NCBI GenBank assembly: GCA_963716255.1
Contig: OY970303.1
Location: 544,001-608,000 of the forward strand
Length of the DNA stretch: 64,000 nucleotides
From: an uncultured Gemmatimonadales bacterium
Lineage (GTDB): Bacteria; Gemmatimonadota; Gemmatimonadetes; Longimicrobiales; Longimicrobiaceae
Reading direction: 5' to 3'
Part shown: positions 37,544 to 55,209 of the stretch, piece after piece
Layout: each line of letters begins with the position of its first letter
Numbering within the stretch: position 1 is the first letter of the stretch
Made by a program: the position numbers and the translations under genes
Notes under the pieces: model-generated
Database searches by the model: none
The model's input: only the letters and a program-made list of their open reading frames with translations
Told to the model about the DNA's origin: nothing

Positions 37544-38353
37544 TCAGAAGATCCCGCCGGTGGGCGAGCAGGTGCAGGAGACTCCCGGCGGGCAGTAGCA
37601 CTCGGGCGCGCTCACACGGACGACGGCCGTACCCTTGAGGGACCCGCCGCTGAGGGTGGCGGTGATGGTCGCCTGGCCCACCGCGTCGACCGAAGGCCCG
37701 GCCTGGACGCCGGCGGCGTACGCGGTTGCGTTGTAGATGGTCGCCACGGCGGTGTTGCTGCTGGTCCAGGTCAGGCTGCGGCTGGTGATCCTGTTGCCGG
37801 CGGCGTCGTAGATCATCCCGGCGAGCTGCCTCGTGGCGCCGATCTGCAGGTCGAAGGTGGAGGGGGTGATCTCCACGCGGGCGGGATCGCCCGGCACGAC
37901 GGTGAAGTAGTAGGTGTTGGTGATCGACGCGTAGCTCACCGTCAGGGCCGTCGTCCCCGCGAGCCCGAAGCGGAGCGTCTGCGCCGGGCCCACCTGGTTC
38001 GGGTACACGATGGCCGCGATCGTGGGATCGGCCACCGACCAGGTGACGCCCCCGGACGGATAGACCCGGCAGTTGTTGGCGCCGTACACCTTGATCGTCA
38101 GCTGGACGGTCGCGCCGCTCCTGAGGGGGTTCGTGGTCCCGCCCGAGTCCAGCTCGAACCGCGTAGCCGTGCAGGGCTGGGTCTGGAAGATGGGCCCGAT
38201 GGGCTCCTTCTCGTAGTCGAAGGCCGCGCGCTCCGAAGCGGCGGTGCGCTCCACGCCGGCGGGCCCGGCGGCGTCCCCGCAGGCCGCCGCGAGGGCGACC
38301 GCGAGGGGCGCCAGGAACAGGCGCAGTGTGGCGAATCGGTCGAAGAGGGACAT
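37544..38353 (-). CDS. Lipoprotein with two Ig-like (Big_2) domains and a Cys-rich tail
   Basis: Lipobox AAAC; VTWSVADPTIA and LTWTSSNTAVATI; C-terminal CYCPPGVSCTC. Confidence 0.85.
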   Translation of the reverse strand: MSLFDRFATLRLFLAPLAVALAAACGDAAGPAGVERTAASERAAFDYEKEPIGPIFQTQPCTATRFELDSGGTTNPLRSGATVQLTIKVYGANNCRVYPSGGVTWSVADPTIAAIVYPNQVGPAQTLRFGLAGTTALTVSYASITNTYYFTVVPGDPARVEITPSTFDLQIGATRQLAGMIYDAAGNRITSRSLTWTSSNTAVATIYNATAYAAGVQAGPSVDAVGQATITATLSGGSLKGTAVVRVSAPECYCPPGVSCTCSPTGGIF

Positions 38354-38512
38354 GGACTTCTCCTGCGATGGGGTGATGCGAGGGATGCGCCGCACCCGCT
38401 GCGACGCGATTCCAAGCTCTCCCTATCCGCCTGCCGCGACAATCACTTGCGGGCGAGCCGACGGGTTCCGGGGGCGAAACGCACGTTTCCCAGGGCGGAC
38501 GAAAAAGAGGCA

Positions 38513-38686
38513 GCCGCCGCCCGGACGATCCGGACGGCAGCTGGGACCCGCGTGAGGGATTTCGGCCCGAAGGGGCGAGACCCCGCGGGCAGTTTCGCGG
38601 GGGCTCGACTCCGTTGCAGACGGTCGTTTCGTCTGCTACGGAGCCGAAGCCCGACCCCGGCGCCAGCCGGGGGCACGCCCGAACCC
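38513..38686 (+). repeat. Family A copy 5 with 5' extension
   Basis: Stem GCAGACG/CGTCTGC; same extension as copy 4. Confidence 0.95.
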
Positions 38687-38716
38687 GCCCTTCCAAGCAG
38701 TTCCGCCGTAAAGAAC

Positions 38717-39379
38717 TCAGCCGAACGAGCTGCCCCCGTAGTGCGGCACCAGGAACGGGTTCGCCACCCGCTCGAACCCCACGGTGGTCTCCGGCCCGTG
38801 CCCGGAGTACAGCGCCGTCTCGTCGGGAAGCGTCAACACCTGTTCGCGGATGGACTTCATCAGCGTCTGGAAGTCGCCGCCGGGCAGGTCCGTGCGCCCG
38901 ATGGAGCCGCGGAACACCACGTCGCCCACCAGCGCGTACCCCTCGCCCACCAGCGTGACGTGCCCCGGCGCGTGCCCCGGCGTGTAGCGCACCTGCAGCT
39001 CGCACTCGCCGAAGCGCACCGGCTCCCCCGGCTCCAGGTAGCCGTCCGCGGGGGGCGGGGTCTCGGCGTACACCCCGAACATCTGCGCCTGCTGCGGCGC
39101 CGCGGCGTACATGGGCTCGGCGTCGCGGTGCAGGAGCACCGGCGCCGACGTCTCCCGCTTAGCGCGCGCGACGCCCTCCACGTGGTCCAGGTGCGTGTGC
39201 GTCAGCACGATCAGCTCGATCTGCATCTCCTGCCGCCTGGCCTCCGCCAGCGCGTCGGGGGTGGCGGCCCCGGGGTCCACCAGGATCGCCCTGCCCGTGC
39301 GCGTGCAGCTCACCAGGAACACGTTCTGGGCGAAGGGCCCGCCCGTGAAGCTGCGGACGGTGGCCTCGCCGCGGCCCAT
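38717..39379 (-). CDS. MBL-fold metallo-hydrolase (glyoxalase II-like)
   Basis: THTHLDHV, TPGHAPG, GRTDLPGG, GHGPETT. Confidence 0.93.
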   Translation of the reverse strand: MGRGEATVRSFTGGPFAQNVFLVSCTRTGRAILVDPGAATPDALAEARRQEMQIELIVLTHTHLDHVEGVARAKRETSAPVLLHRDAEPMYAAAPQQAQMFGVYAETPPPADGYLEPGEPVRFGECELQVRYTPGHAPGHVTLVGEGYALVGDVVFRGSIGRTDLPGGDFQTLMKSIREQVLTLPDETALYSGHGPETTVGFERVANPFLVPHYGGSSFG

Positions 39380-39380
39380 C

Positions 39381-39830
39381 TCAGCCACGGAGTGCCTCCA
39401 GCACCTCGTCCGCGCCGTGCGCACCCGGCGCCGCGTACACGATGCGCCCGTGCGTGTCGACCAGGAAGGTGGCGCGCGCGATCCCGCCGTTCTCCTTGAG
39501 CGTCCCGTACGCCCGGGCGATCTCCCGGTCCGCGTCCAGGATCAGCGGAAAGTCCAGGTCGTACTTGTCGCGGAAGCGCCGGTGGCTGACCATGCTCCCG
39601 TCGTTGACGCCGAAGCGCGCCACCCCCGCCGCCGCGTACTGCGCGCCCTCGTCGCGCGCCGTGCACATCTGCTTGGTGCAGCCGGGCGTGTCGTCCTTCG
39701 GGTAGAACATCAGCAGCACCGACTGCTTCCCCCGGAAGTCGTGGAGGGAGACGGTGCCGCCGTCGGTGGTCTGCGCGGTGAAGTTGGGCGCGTCCGAGCC
39801 CGCGTTCAGAAGGGTGTCCGTGGCCGACAT
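39381..39830 (-). CDS. bcp: Peroxiredoxin, BCP family
   Basis: FYPKDDTPGCTKQMC and IARATFLVD. Confidence 0.9.
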   Translation of the reverse strand: MSATDTLLNAGSDAPNFTAQTTDGGTVSLHDFRGKQSVLLMFYPKDDTPGCTKQMCTARDEGAQYAAAGVARFGVNDGSMVSHRRFRDKYDLDFPLILDADREIARAYGTLKENGGIARATFLVDTHGRIVYAAPGAHGADEVLEALRG

Positions 39831-40032
39831 GTGCTCGCTCCGATCGGGGTGGTTTCGTGAGTCGGTCCCGCCTGGAACTATGGCGGCAGGGCCGGGGGAT
39901 GGCAACCGACCGGCGGCGGTCCGCGCGCGCGGTCGCGCATGGTTCGCCGCTTGCGTGGTCGTGGCCCCGGACCCTGCGGCCAGACGGCCCCCCGCGGCAC
40001 GCACCCGGACGGAAGAGGCGCACTCCAGCCCC

Positions 40033-40773
40033 ATGCGCGACCAACGCGGACCCGTCACCGGCGAGTGGAGCGACCTCGCCTTCCTCAACTTCCGTGTCCA
40101 CCCGGACCTCCTCGCCCCCCACCTTCCCGCCGGCACCGAGCCGGACCGGTGGCGGGGCGAGTGCTGGCTGAGCGTCGTCGGCCTGCACGTGCGCGACCTC
40201 CGCATCGGTGGCGCCCCCGCACCGCTGCACCGCGACTTCGCCCAGGTCAACCTCCGGCTGTGCGTGCGCCGGACCGTCCGCGCCCGCGGAGGCACCCAGG
40301 TGCGCCGGGGCGCCGTCCTGATGCGCGAGTTCGTCCCCCGCCCCGCGCTGGCCGCCGCGCCCGGGCTGGCGCGCGAGGAGCCGCTGCAGCCCGCCGTCCT
40401 GCGGCGCCGCACCCTCCCCGACGCGCAGGCCGACGCCGGCGCGGTCGCCGAGTACGTGTGGGACGAGCTGATCCGCGGCGGCCGGCTGTTCGCCGAGGCC
40501 AGGGGGCCGGCCGAGCCGCTGCGGCCGGGCTCCTTCGAGGAGTGGATCGCCGAGCGCTGCTGGGGCTATTCGGGGCGCAGGGGCGGGCCGGCCGCCGAGT
40601 ACCGCCTGGAGCACCCGCGCTGGACCGTGAGGGCGGCCGCCCGCGCGCAGCTCTCCGGCAACCTGGCCGCCACCTTCGGCGAGGAGTTCGCCGACGTGCT
40701 GCACGGCGAGCCCGTGTCCGCGTTCCTGGCGAGCGGGTCCAGGGTGGTCGTGCATGCGCCGTCGCTGTTCTGA
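40033..40773 (+). CDS. DUF2071/YqjF-family protein
   Basis: WSDLAFLNF...LLAPHLPAG, FAQVNLRL, WIAERCWGY, YRLEHPRW. Confidence 0.8.
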   Translation: MRDQRGPVTGEWSDLAFLNFRVHPDLLAPHLPAGTEPDRWRGECWLSVVGLHVRDLRIGGAPAPLHRDFAQVNLRLCVRRTVRARGGTQVRRGAVLMREFVPRPALAAAPGLAREEPLQPAVLRRRTLPDAQADAGAVAEYVWDELIRGGRLFAEARGPAEPLRPGSFEEWIAERCWGYSGRRGGPAAEYRLEHPRWTVRAAARAQLSGNLAATFGEEFADVLHGEPVSAFLASGSRVVVHAPSLF

Positions 40774-40813
40774 ACGGCTTGTGACGGACGGATGGACGGA
40801 CGGATGGACGGCA

Positions 40814-40950
40814 GGGTTCGGGCGTGCCCCCGGCTGGCGCCGGGGTCGGGCTTCGGCTCCGTAGGGCTGCAAACGACGCAGCCCAACGGAGTCGAGCCCC
40901 GACGATACTGCTGTCGGGTCTCGCCCCTTCGGGCCGAAATCCCTCACGCG
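40814..40950 (-). repeat. Family A copy 6, preceded by a short GACG/GATG tandem tract (40783-40813)
   Basis: Stem GGGCTGC/GCAGCCC. Confidence 0.95.
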
Positions 40951-41155
40951 GGGCTCGCGCTGGCGTCCGCGGGGACCCCCACCCGGCTCGCTTTAGGCTC
41001 GCCACCCTCCCCCTTCATGCGGTTCACGCGAAGCGTGAAGCGCCATTCTGAGCGCGCACGCGATACCTGCCGCATCCCCGGAACAGGCCGGAAAACAGCA
41101 GGGGCGGCCCCCGTCGCCGGAAGCCGCCCCCTTCTCCTCTGATCCAGCATCGCCT

Positions 41156-41410
41156 TCAGTCGTCCCACTCCGAGGTATCCGAAGCCTCCGCGGCATCGTC
41201 TCGGGCCGAGCCTTCGGCGGCGTGCGGCCGGGCGATCTCCTCGCGCGTCCGCTGCGTCTGCGTGAGGAGCCGGCGCGCGCGGGTCATCAGCGCCTCCACC
41301 TCGCGCTGCGTCTCCTGCATCTGCTCGAACGCCGCCTGCCGGTGCTGCACCGCGCGGCGCAGCTCCGCCTCCAGGGTGCTCCACTCGTCCTGCTGAAAGG
41401 GCTCGCTCAT
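41156..41410 (-). CDS. Small coiled-coil hypothetical protein
   Basis: MSEPFQQDEWSTLEAELRRAV...; GGAG upstream; hairpin at 41100-41130 downstream. Confidence 0.65.
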   Translation of the reverse strand: MSEPFQQDEWSTLEAELRRAVQHRQAAFEQMQETQREVEALMTRARRLLTQTQRTREEIARPHAAEGSARDDAAEASDTSEWDD

Positions 41411-41507
41411 GCGCTCGCTCCAGGCTCGTACCACGCTGCGGGAATGCGACTTGCGTTTCCGGGCGCCCCCAAGCCCGGCAGACGACACGGTGACAAGGAG
41501 GCCGTTC

Positions 41508-41822
41508 ATGGACCGCAGCGACGACGTCCGCAGCACCGAGGACACCACCGCCAACCGCGAACACGCGCACAACGCGGAGGAGAACCGCGACGCCCTGGCC
41601 GCGCAGGCCGAGCGCACCCGCGCCACCACGCCCGCGGCAGCCCACACCCCCGTCGGCGCGGCGGGCGCAGCCGGGGGCGGCACCGCGATGGACAACACCG
41701 AGGCCGTGCGCGCGGCCGCCGAGAACCGCGACGCCCTCGCCGAGGAGAACCGGCGCGTCGCCGCCACCACCCCCGACGACGTGCCCATGACCGGGCCCGA
41801 CACCCGGCGGGAGGACCGGTGA
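41508..41822 (+). CDS. Small hydrophilic protein with an internal duplication
   Basis: AAGGAGG RBS; ENRDALA...ATTP occurs twice. Confidence 0.75.
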   Translation: MDRSDDVRSTEDTTANREHAHNAEENRDALAAQAERTRATTPAAAHTPVGAAGAAGGGTAMDNTEAVRAAAENRDALAEENRRVAATTPDDVPMTGPDTRREDR

Positions 41823-41859
41823 GCCGCGGCGGCTAGCGCCGCCGCGAGGGGGGAGCGGG

Positions 41860-43554
41860 TCAGCGCCCGGCGGCGACCCGCTCCCCCGTTTCCATCGCGG
41901 CCAGCTCCGGGTCCGACTGCGGCAGGCTCAGCAGGAAGCAGCTTCCCTCCCCCGGCGCCGAGGACACCGTCAGCGATCCTCCCAGGAGCTCCGCCAGGCG
42001 CCGCGAGATCGGCAGCCCCAGCCCCGTCCCCTGCGTGCTGTGGGGCTGCTCCAGCTGCACGAACTCGTCGAAGATCTTTTCCTGGTCCTCCGCGGCGATC
42101 CCCTCCCCCTGGTCCACCACCTCCACCACCAGCCCCCCGTCCTCGCGCCGCGCCGAGATCACCCGCACCGGCTTGCCGCCGCCGAACTTGATGGCGTTGG
42201 AAAGCAGGTTGAGGAGGATCTGGCGAACCCGCCGCGCGTCCGAGACGATGGTGAACGGATCGCTCCGCCTCTCCAGCGCCAGCGGCACCCCGTGCTGCTC
42301 CGCGAAGGGGGCCACCGTCACGAACAGGTCCTGGATCAGCTCCGGGAAGCCCACCGACTCCAGCTGGAGCTCCATCTTGCCCGCCTCGATCTTGGACAGG
42401 TCCAGGATGTCGTTGACCAGCTCCAGCAGGTGGTTGGCCGCCTTGTGCGTCCGCTCGATGCTGTTGACCTGCGGGTCGTTGAGCGGGCCGTAGATGCGGT
42501 CCAGGAGGAGCGAGCTGTAGCCCAGGATGGCGTTGATGGGGGTGCGCAGCTCGTGGCTCATGTTGGCGTAGAAGCGGCTCCGCGCCCCCATGGCCCGCTC
42601 CAGCTCGATCGTGCGGCGGTTCAGCTCCTCGTTGAGCACCCGAAGCTCCTCCATGGTGTTCGCCAGCGACACCGCCTGCGCCCGCACCGCCTCCTCCGCC
42701 TGCCGCCGCTCCGAGATGTCGCGCAGGATCAGCGTGTACACCCGCTCGTTTCGCTGCACCAGCGACGACAGCGAGAACTCCGCCGGGAAGCGCTCCCCGT
42801 CGCCGCGCACCCCCACCGCCTCGCGCACCGACGACTCGCTGGCGCGTCCGGCCACGGCCGCCCCGTTGCCGCGTCCGCGGGGGGGCTTGCCCGGGCTCAG
42901 GTCCAGCGCCGGGTGGAAGAAGCGGTCGATCGCCGTCCCCACCGCTTCCGCCATGCTGCAGCGGAAGACCCGCTCCGCCGCCGCGTTGAAGAGCGTGATC
43001 CGCCGGTCCCCGCCGAAGGTGACGATCGCCTCCAGCGCCGAGTCCACGATGTCCGCGTAGCGCGCCTCCGACTCCAGGAGCTGCGCGCGGTGCAGCAGCT
43101 CCGTCTCGCGCCGCTCGCCCTCGCGCAGCATGTCGTCCTGCTGGCGGAGCTGCACCGTCTTCAGGTACAGCTCCACGAAAACCGCCACCTTGGAGCGGAG
43201 GATCGCCGGGTTGAAGGGCTTGAACATGTAGTCCACCGCCCCCGCCGAGTACCCCTCGAAGACGTACTCCTCCTCCTTGCTGATGGCCGTCAGGAAGATG
43301 ATGGGCGTGGCGCGCGAGCGCTCGCGGGACTTGATCAGCTGGGCCGTCTCGAAGCCGTTCATCCCCGGCATCTGCACGTCCAGGAGGATCACCGCGAAGT
43401 CGTGCAGGAGCACCTGCCGCAGCGCCTCCTGCCCCGAGGTGGCGCGGACCAGCTCGTGCCCCAGCGGCTGGAGGATCGCCTCCAGCGCCACCAGGTTCTC
43501 CATGCGGTCGTCCACCATCAGGATCATGGCGCCGGACTGCGGGGTGTCGGCCAT
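41860..43554 (-). CDS. Hybrid sensor histidine kinase (REC-PAS-HisKA-HATPase)
   Basis: [47 protein letters not shown]. Confidence 0.95.
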   Translation of the reverse strand: MADTPQSGAMILMVDDRMENLVALEAILQPLGHELVRATSGQEALRQVLLHDFAVILLDVQMPGMNGFETAQLIKSRERSRATPIIFLTAISKEEEYVFEGYSAGAVDYMFKPFNPAILRSKVAVFVELYLKTVQLRQQDDMLREGERRETELLHRAQLLESEARYADIVDSALEAIVTFGGDRRITLFNAAAERVFRCSMAEAVGTAIDRFFHPALDLSPGKPPRGRGNGAAVAGRASESSVREAVGVRGDGERFPAEFSLSSLVQRNERVYTLILRDISERRQAEEAVRAQAVSLANTMEELRVLNEELNRRTIELERAMGARSRFYANMSHELRTPINAILGYSSLLLDRIYGPLNDPQVNSIERTHKAANHLLELVNDILDLSKIEAGKMELQLESVGFPELIQDLFVTVAPFAEQHGVPLALERRSDPFTIVSDARRVRQILLNLLSNAIKFGGGKPVRVISARREDGGLVVEVVDQGEGIAAEDQEKIFDEFVQLEQPHSTQGTGLGLPISRRLAELLGGSLTVSSAPGEGSCFLLSLPQSDPELAAMETGERVAAGR

Positions 43555-44138
43555 CAGCGCTTCTCCCCCGGGCGTGCCGGGGACGATTGCAGGGTGAGGA
43601 GGCGCGCCGCGATCCCCTCCAGCGTCAGCACCTCCGCCTCGGGGACCGCGCGCAGCGCCGCGGCGGGCATCACCTTCACCTCCGCGGTGGCCGGGTCCTG
43701 GACCAGCGCCGTCCCGCCGCGGTCCACGATCCGGCGCAGGCCGCGGGCCCCGTCGTGGTTGGCGCCGGTGAGCACCACGCCCACCGCGCGGGCGCCGTAG
43801 GCGTCTGCGGCGCTCTCGAAAGCCACGTCGATGGACGGGCGGCTGTACATCTCGGGCGCGTCGGTGGAAAGGGAGAAGTACCCCGGCTCCAGCAGCGTGT
43901 GGTAGTCCGGGGGGGCCAGGTACACGTTGCCCGGCTCGGCCGACGCCTTGTCCGTCACCTCCTGGATCGCCAGCGGCGTGCAGTCCTGCAGCACCTCGCA
44001 GAGCGCGTCCGAGTCCTTGCTGCGGTGCTGCACCACCACGACGGCCATGCGGAAGTCGCCCGGGAGCCCGCCCAGCAGCGTGCACACCGCGTCCAGCCCC
44101 CCCGCGGAAACCCCCACCATCACGATCTCGCGCGCCAC
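43554..44138 (-). CDS. cheB: Stand-alone CheB-type methylesterase domain
   Basis: GVSAGG, VVQH, RPSIDV, LTGANHDG. Confidence 0.9.
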   Translation of the reverse strand: MAREIVMVGVSAGGLDAVCTLLGGLPGDFRMAVVVVQHRSKDSDALCEVLQDCTPLAIQEVTDKASAEPGNVYLAPPDYHTLLEPGYFSLSTDAPEMYSRPSIDVAFESAADAYGARAVGVVLTGANHDGARGLRRIVDRGGTALVQDPATAEVKVMPAAALRAVPEAEVLTLEGIAARLLTLQSSPARPGEKR

Positions 44139-44998
44139 TAGACCACCTTCCGGTAGATCTTTTCGCGCTGGTTGATCGCCTCGTAGCACTCCTCGTACTT
44201 GGAGAACTTGAGCGATTCCTTGCTCCCCAGCGCCAGGATCCCGTAGGTGGGCAGGCTCTCGTAGAACAGCTCGTGCACCCGGTTCTGCAGCGACCGGTCG
44301 AAGTAGATCATCACGTTCCGGCAGAGGATCACGTTGAACTCGCTGAACGAGCGGTCCGTCACCAGGTTGTGCTGCGCGAACACCACGTTCTCCCGCAGAG
44401 CCGGCGAGAACAGCGCCCCGCCGTACGCCGCGGTGTAGTACTCCGAGAAGGAGCGCATGCCGCCCGCCCGCAGGTAGTTCTGCGTGTACTCCTGCATCTT
44501 TTCCAGCGGGAAGATCCCCGCCCGCGCCTCCGCCAGCACCACCTCGTTGATGTCCGTGGCGTACACCCGGGACCGCTCCAGCAGCCCCTCCTCCTTGAGG
44601 AGGATCGCCATGGAGTACACCTCCTCCCCCGTCGAGCACCCGGCGTGCCACACCCGGATGAAGGGGTAGGTGCGCAGCAGCGGCACCACCTCCGCGCGGA
44701 ACGCCCGGTAGAAGTTGGGGTCGCGGAACATGGACGTGACGTTGACCGAAAGGTCCAGGAGCATCCGCTCCATCGCGCTCCGGTCGTGCAGCACCCGCTC
44801 CTGCAGGCCGCTCACCGTGCCGAGCCCCTCCGCCCGGATCCGCTTCCACAGCCGCCGCCGCAGCGAGGCGTAGGCGTACGAGCGGAAGTCGAAGCCGTAG
44901 TGGCGGAAGATCCCCTCCAGCAGGATCTCGACCTCCACCCGCTCCAGCTCCGGAGAATAGCTTTCCGGGGCCGTGGGCAGCCCCCCCGCGGCGTTCAT
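44138..44998 (-). CDS. cheR: CheR-type methyltransferase
   Basis: VNVTSMFRDP, WHAGCSTGEEVYS, YATDIN, ILCRNVMIYF. Confidence 0.95.
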   Translation of the reverse strand: MNAAGGLPTAPESYSPELERVEVEILLEGIFRHYGFDFRSYAYASLRRRLWKRIRAEGLGTVSGLQERVLHDRSAMERMLLDLSVNVTSMFRDPNFYRAFRAEVVPLLRTYPFIRVWHAGCSTGEEVYSMAILLKEEGLLERSRVYATDINEVVLAEARAGIFPLEKMQEYTQNYLRAGGMRSFSEYYTAAYGGALFSPALRENVVFAQHNLVTDRSFSEFNVILCRNVMIYFDRSLQNRVHELFYESLPTYGILALGSKESLKFSKYEECYEAINQREKIYRKVV

Positions 44999-45005
44999 GC
45001 GCCGG

Positions 45006-52379
<7,374 letters not shown>

Positions 52380-52917
52380 GATGGACCTCGCTTCTTGCAG
52401 TTGTTGGTACGGGAGGCAGGGCACTTCGCGCCGGGCGGGGCGACGGAATCCGTCGCCGTGTCCGGCGGAGCTCGTTCTGCTTCACCACGGGGTGCAGGCT
52501 GCTACAATCTACGCGGCAGCGCCGGAAACGGACAGGGAGGGGGGCGCCGGCCGGGCGCGGCACGGATCCGCTTGCAGCGCAACGACCTGGCCCGGCCCCG
52601 AGGCGGGCCCGTCCCGCCTCCGGCCGGTGGAGCGGAGGCCCGGTTCCCGTCGACCATGGCCGCGAGGACGAGCACCGGGGCCGGCAGCCGGTTCGACGGA
52701 GCAAGTGGGGCGCGGCCTCCGCGGCGCGCATGTCCCACTCCCGGTCCGGCTGCACGCACGCGGCCGGCGAAGCCCGCGTTCAAATCCACACACGACAACG
52801 AGTTGAGCAGCCGTGGGCGGCGTCGCTCCAGGTGGCGTGGCGGCTGCGTGCATGGGCTCGCGCCGGGCGGACCGACGCCCGGAACCGACGAAACGAACCG
52901 ATGCTCCGCAGGAGGAC

Positions 52918-53490
52918 ATGATGAATACAAGAAAACCGATGCTCCGTACGCTGGCCTATCCCCCGCTGCTCACCCGCGCGCGCCGGGCGCTGGCCGCCCT
53001 GGTGATCGGCGCGCTGATCGCCCTGGCCGCCGGGTGCGACGCCGGGATCCCCGCCGCCCCCGCGGGGGCGCTCCGCGACCAGGCGGCCCGTCCCGCCGCT
53101 CCCAGCGAGACCGACGTGCAGGAGGCCGCGCTCCGCTTCCTGATCGCCAACCACGGGGTGGAGGGGATGGACGCGTACTGCGTGTCTACCGGGTGGCCGG
53201 AGGCAAACGACGATCCGGGCGCCGCGCTGCAGGACCGCTTCGCCGGGAGCCAGCCGCCGGTGGTCCCCTACTCGGCGTGCACCATCTCCGTTTCGGGAGA
53301 CACCTACGACGCCACCGGCGGCCCCGCGCAATGGTTCTCGCTTGGACCCGCCACCTTCCGCGGCCGCCGGGCGGAGCTGGACGCCAACTGGCACCTCAAT
53401 GGCCGGCTCGCGGAGTTCTACCATTGCACGCTGCGGCTGGCGGGGGACAACTGGCGGGTGGCCGGGTGCACGCTGGTGGCGGCGGCCTGA
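52918..53490 (+). CDS. Hypothetical lipoprotein
   Basis: AGGAGG RBS, lipobox LAAGC. Confidence 0.75.
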   Translation: MMNTRKPMLRTLAYPPLLTRARRALAALVIGALIALAAGCDAGIPAAPAGALRDQAARPAAPSETDVQEAALRFLIANHGVEGMDAYCVSTGWPEANDDPGAALQDRFAGSQPPVVPYSACTISVSGDTYDATGGPAQWFSLGPATFRGRRAELDANWHLNGRLAEFYHCTLRLAGDNWRVAGCTLVAAA

Positions 53491-53510
53491 ACGAAACGGG
53501 ATGAAGGGCG

Positions 53511-53650
53511 GGGTTCGGGCGTGCCCCCGGCTGGCGCCGGGGTCGGGCTTCGGCTCCGTAACGCACGAAACAACCGTGCGTAACGGAGTCGAGCCCCGGC
53601 GGAAACAGCCCCGCCGGGTCTCGCCCCTTCGGGCCGTAATCCCTCACGCG
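53511..53650 (-). repeat. Family A copy 7
   Basis: Same scaffold. Confidence 0.95.
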
Positions 53651-53896
53651 ACGGCAGGACCCCTCCCCCGCAAGCGGGAGAGGGGGAGAACTGCGGGCGG
53701 CAGGAAGGTCGCAGGGAGGGTGCGGGGGTGGTCGGAGGAAAGAGTTGGGGGTGTGGCAGGGTGGAGTGGAATTAACTCTTTCCGGAGAGCAGCCCCGCAC
53801 CCGACCCCACGCGCAGAACCCGATCACCCCTCTCCCGGAACCGGGAGCGGATGGCTGGTACGCCCACCGCCGATTCCGGGACCGCCGTACGAAGCA

Positions 53897-53933
53897 AAGA
53901 GGCCGCGGGGAGCGATGCTCTCCGCGGCCTCTT
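53897..53933 (-). terminator. Probable intrinsic terminator after nadA
   Basis: AAGAGGCCGCGGGGAGC-GAT-GCTCTCCGCGGCCTCTT hairpin. Confidence 0.6.
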
Positions 53934-53958
53934 CCGTCGCGCTCGTCCGCTCCGCCGG

Positions 53959-55035
53959 CTATGCGCAGCCGCAGCCGCCGGGACGAAGGCTTTCCTCCTC
54001 CAGCGCCGCCTCCTCCGCCGTGGGAGCGCGCCAGCCGCCGGACAGGTCCAGCATACGGGTCAGCGAGGCCTCGGCGCGGCTGCGGACGTCCTCGTCCAGC
54101 ACCACCTCGTGCGCCATGTGGTCCAGCGACCAGGCGAGCTTTGCGAGGGTGTTCATCTTCATGTTGCCGCAGATGGCCGCGCCGGAGAGCGGCACCAGCG
54201 TCTTTTCCGGGAAGCGCTGCTTGAGCCGGTCGATGAGCCCGCGCTCCGTGCCGATGATCAGCTCGTCGTGCTGCTCGGCGATGTCCACCATCTTCGAGGT
54301 GGAGGTGACGAAGTCCGCCTGCGCCAGCAGGTCGGCGCGGGCCTCGGGGTGGATCACCACCAGCGCCCGCGGGTGCTTCGCCTTCGCAGCGGCGAGCTCG
54401 TCCATCACCAGGTCGTCGTGCACGTAGCAGTAGCCGTCCCACGCGACGATGGAGCCGGGCTCCGGCTCGCCGGTCTCCTGCCCCGCCACCACGTACGGCC
54501 GCCCGGACTTTTCCGCGGCGTAGCGGGCCAGGTTTCGGTCCGGCACGAACAGGATGGTGCGGTCGCGGGGGAGGGAGTCCACCACCTGCACCGCGTTGGC
54601 CGAGGTGCAGCAGATGTCCGACTCCGCCTTGACCTCGGCGGTGGAATTGACGTACGCCACGGTCGCCGCGCCCGGGTAGCGCGCCTTGAGGCGGCGCAGC
54701 GAGTCGCCGGTGACGAAGTCGGCCATGGGGCACCCGGCGCGCAGGTCGGGCATCAGCACCGTCTTGGTCGGCGACAGGATCTTCGCCGTCTCCGCCATGA
54801 AGTGAACGCCGCAGAAGACGATCACGTCCGCGTCCGTCCTGGCGGCCTCCTGCGACAGCCCCAGCGAGTCGCCCAGGTAGTCACTGACCTCCTGGATCTC
54901 CACCCGCTGGTAGTTGTGCCCCAGGATCACCGCGTTCAGCTCCTCCTTGCGGGCCACGATGCGGTCGCGCAGCTCCTCGCGCGACAGGCGGGCGTAGTCC
55001 AGCGGGGTCCGGAGCACCTGGGAGACCTGGATCAA
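53959..55035 (-). CDS. nadA: Quinolinate synthase
   Basis: GHNYQ, GDSL, FCGVHFMAETAKIL, AGCPMA, YVNSTA, CYVH, CGNMK. Confidence 0.97.
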   Translation of the reverse strand: MIQVSQVLRTPLDYARLSREELRDRIVARKEELNAVILGHNYQRVEIQEVSDYLGDSLGLSQEAARTDADVIVFCGVHFMAETAKILSPTKTVLMPDLRAGCPMADFVTGDSLRRLKARYPGAATVAYVNSTAEVKAESDICCTSANAVQVVDSLPRDRTILFVPDRNLARYAAEKSGRPYVVAGQETGEPEPGSIVAWDGYCYVHDDLVMDELAAAKAKHPRALVVIHPEARADLLAQADFVTSTSKMVDIAEQHDELIIGTERGLIDRLKQRFPEKTLVPLSGAAICGNMKMNTLAKLAWSLDHMAHEVVLDEDVRSRAEASLTRMLDLSGGWRAPTAEEAALEEESLRPGGCGCA

Positions 55036-55209
55036 TGCTCACCTCGTCGTCGGGGGAAGCGGACGCGCGCGGCGCCCTTCCGGAAAGCCCGTGAATATAA
55101 CGATTTTGTCGCGTTCCGGCAAACTTCCGGCACCTGCGCCGCACGCCGTAAAGCAAAGGGCCCGCGGGACTTGCCCGCGGACCCGATCGCCGTCCACTCG
55201 TCCGCCGTG

